NCBI RefSeq assembly: GCF_001194135.2 | Contig: NC_068986.1 | Span: 7,917,020-7,981,019, forward strand | DNA: 64,000 nt | Direction: 5' to 3' | Origin: Octopus bimaculoides | Lineage: Eukaryota | Shown: positions 63,961-64,000 of the stretch, one piece after another | How the letters are laid out: each line of letters begins with the position of its first letter | Position numbering within the stretch: the stretch's first letter is position 1 | Notes under the pieces: generated by a model | Seen by the model: only the letters and a program-made list of their open reading frames with translations | The model's database searches: none | Told to the model about the DNA's origin: nothing | Translations under genes and position numbers: made by a program

Positions 63961-64000
63961 GTTAGGTACCCCAGCATGGCCCCAGTCGAATGGCTGAAAC
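63961..64000 (+). mobile_element. SINE family A 3' tail (runs off window)
   Basis: ggtaccccagcatggccccagtcgaatggctgaaac. Confidence 0.6.

Overview
AT-rich, microsatellite-saturated eukaryotic DNA with ten N-gaps, almost all flanked by simple repeats. The SINE families and repeat landscape look like an octopod cephalopod; this is inferred from repeat recognition and not verified by a search. No intact multi-exon or single-exon host gene can be assembled, and almost all ORF-track entries are microsatellite or N-run artefacts or antisense readings of transposon relics. The supported content is decayed mobile DNA: two mariner fragments, a DD41D (rosa-type) Tc1/mariner transposase relic, a Helitron helicase C-terminus, R4/Dong-like, HERO-like, RTE and CR1-like LINE fragments, Penelope-like (PLE) pieces carrying minimal hammerhead-ribozyme motifs, many tRNA-derived SINEs and several foldback MITE-like palindromes. 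The most interesting signals are: (1) a PLE GIY-YIG 3' end fused to a tRNA-like Pol III head and a hammerhead-like tail; (2) a near-canonical minimal hammerhead at 36956-36990; (3) hammerhead core boxes in permuted order in a HERO 3' UTR; (4) long inverted repeats around the DD41D relic; (5) a perfectly identical 113-bp duplication within or next to an old LINE. A few isolated splice-flanked micro-exon candidates exist but do not form a consistent gene model.
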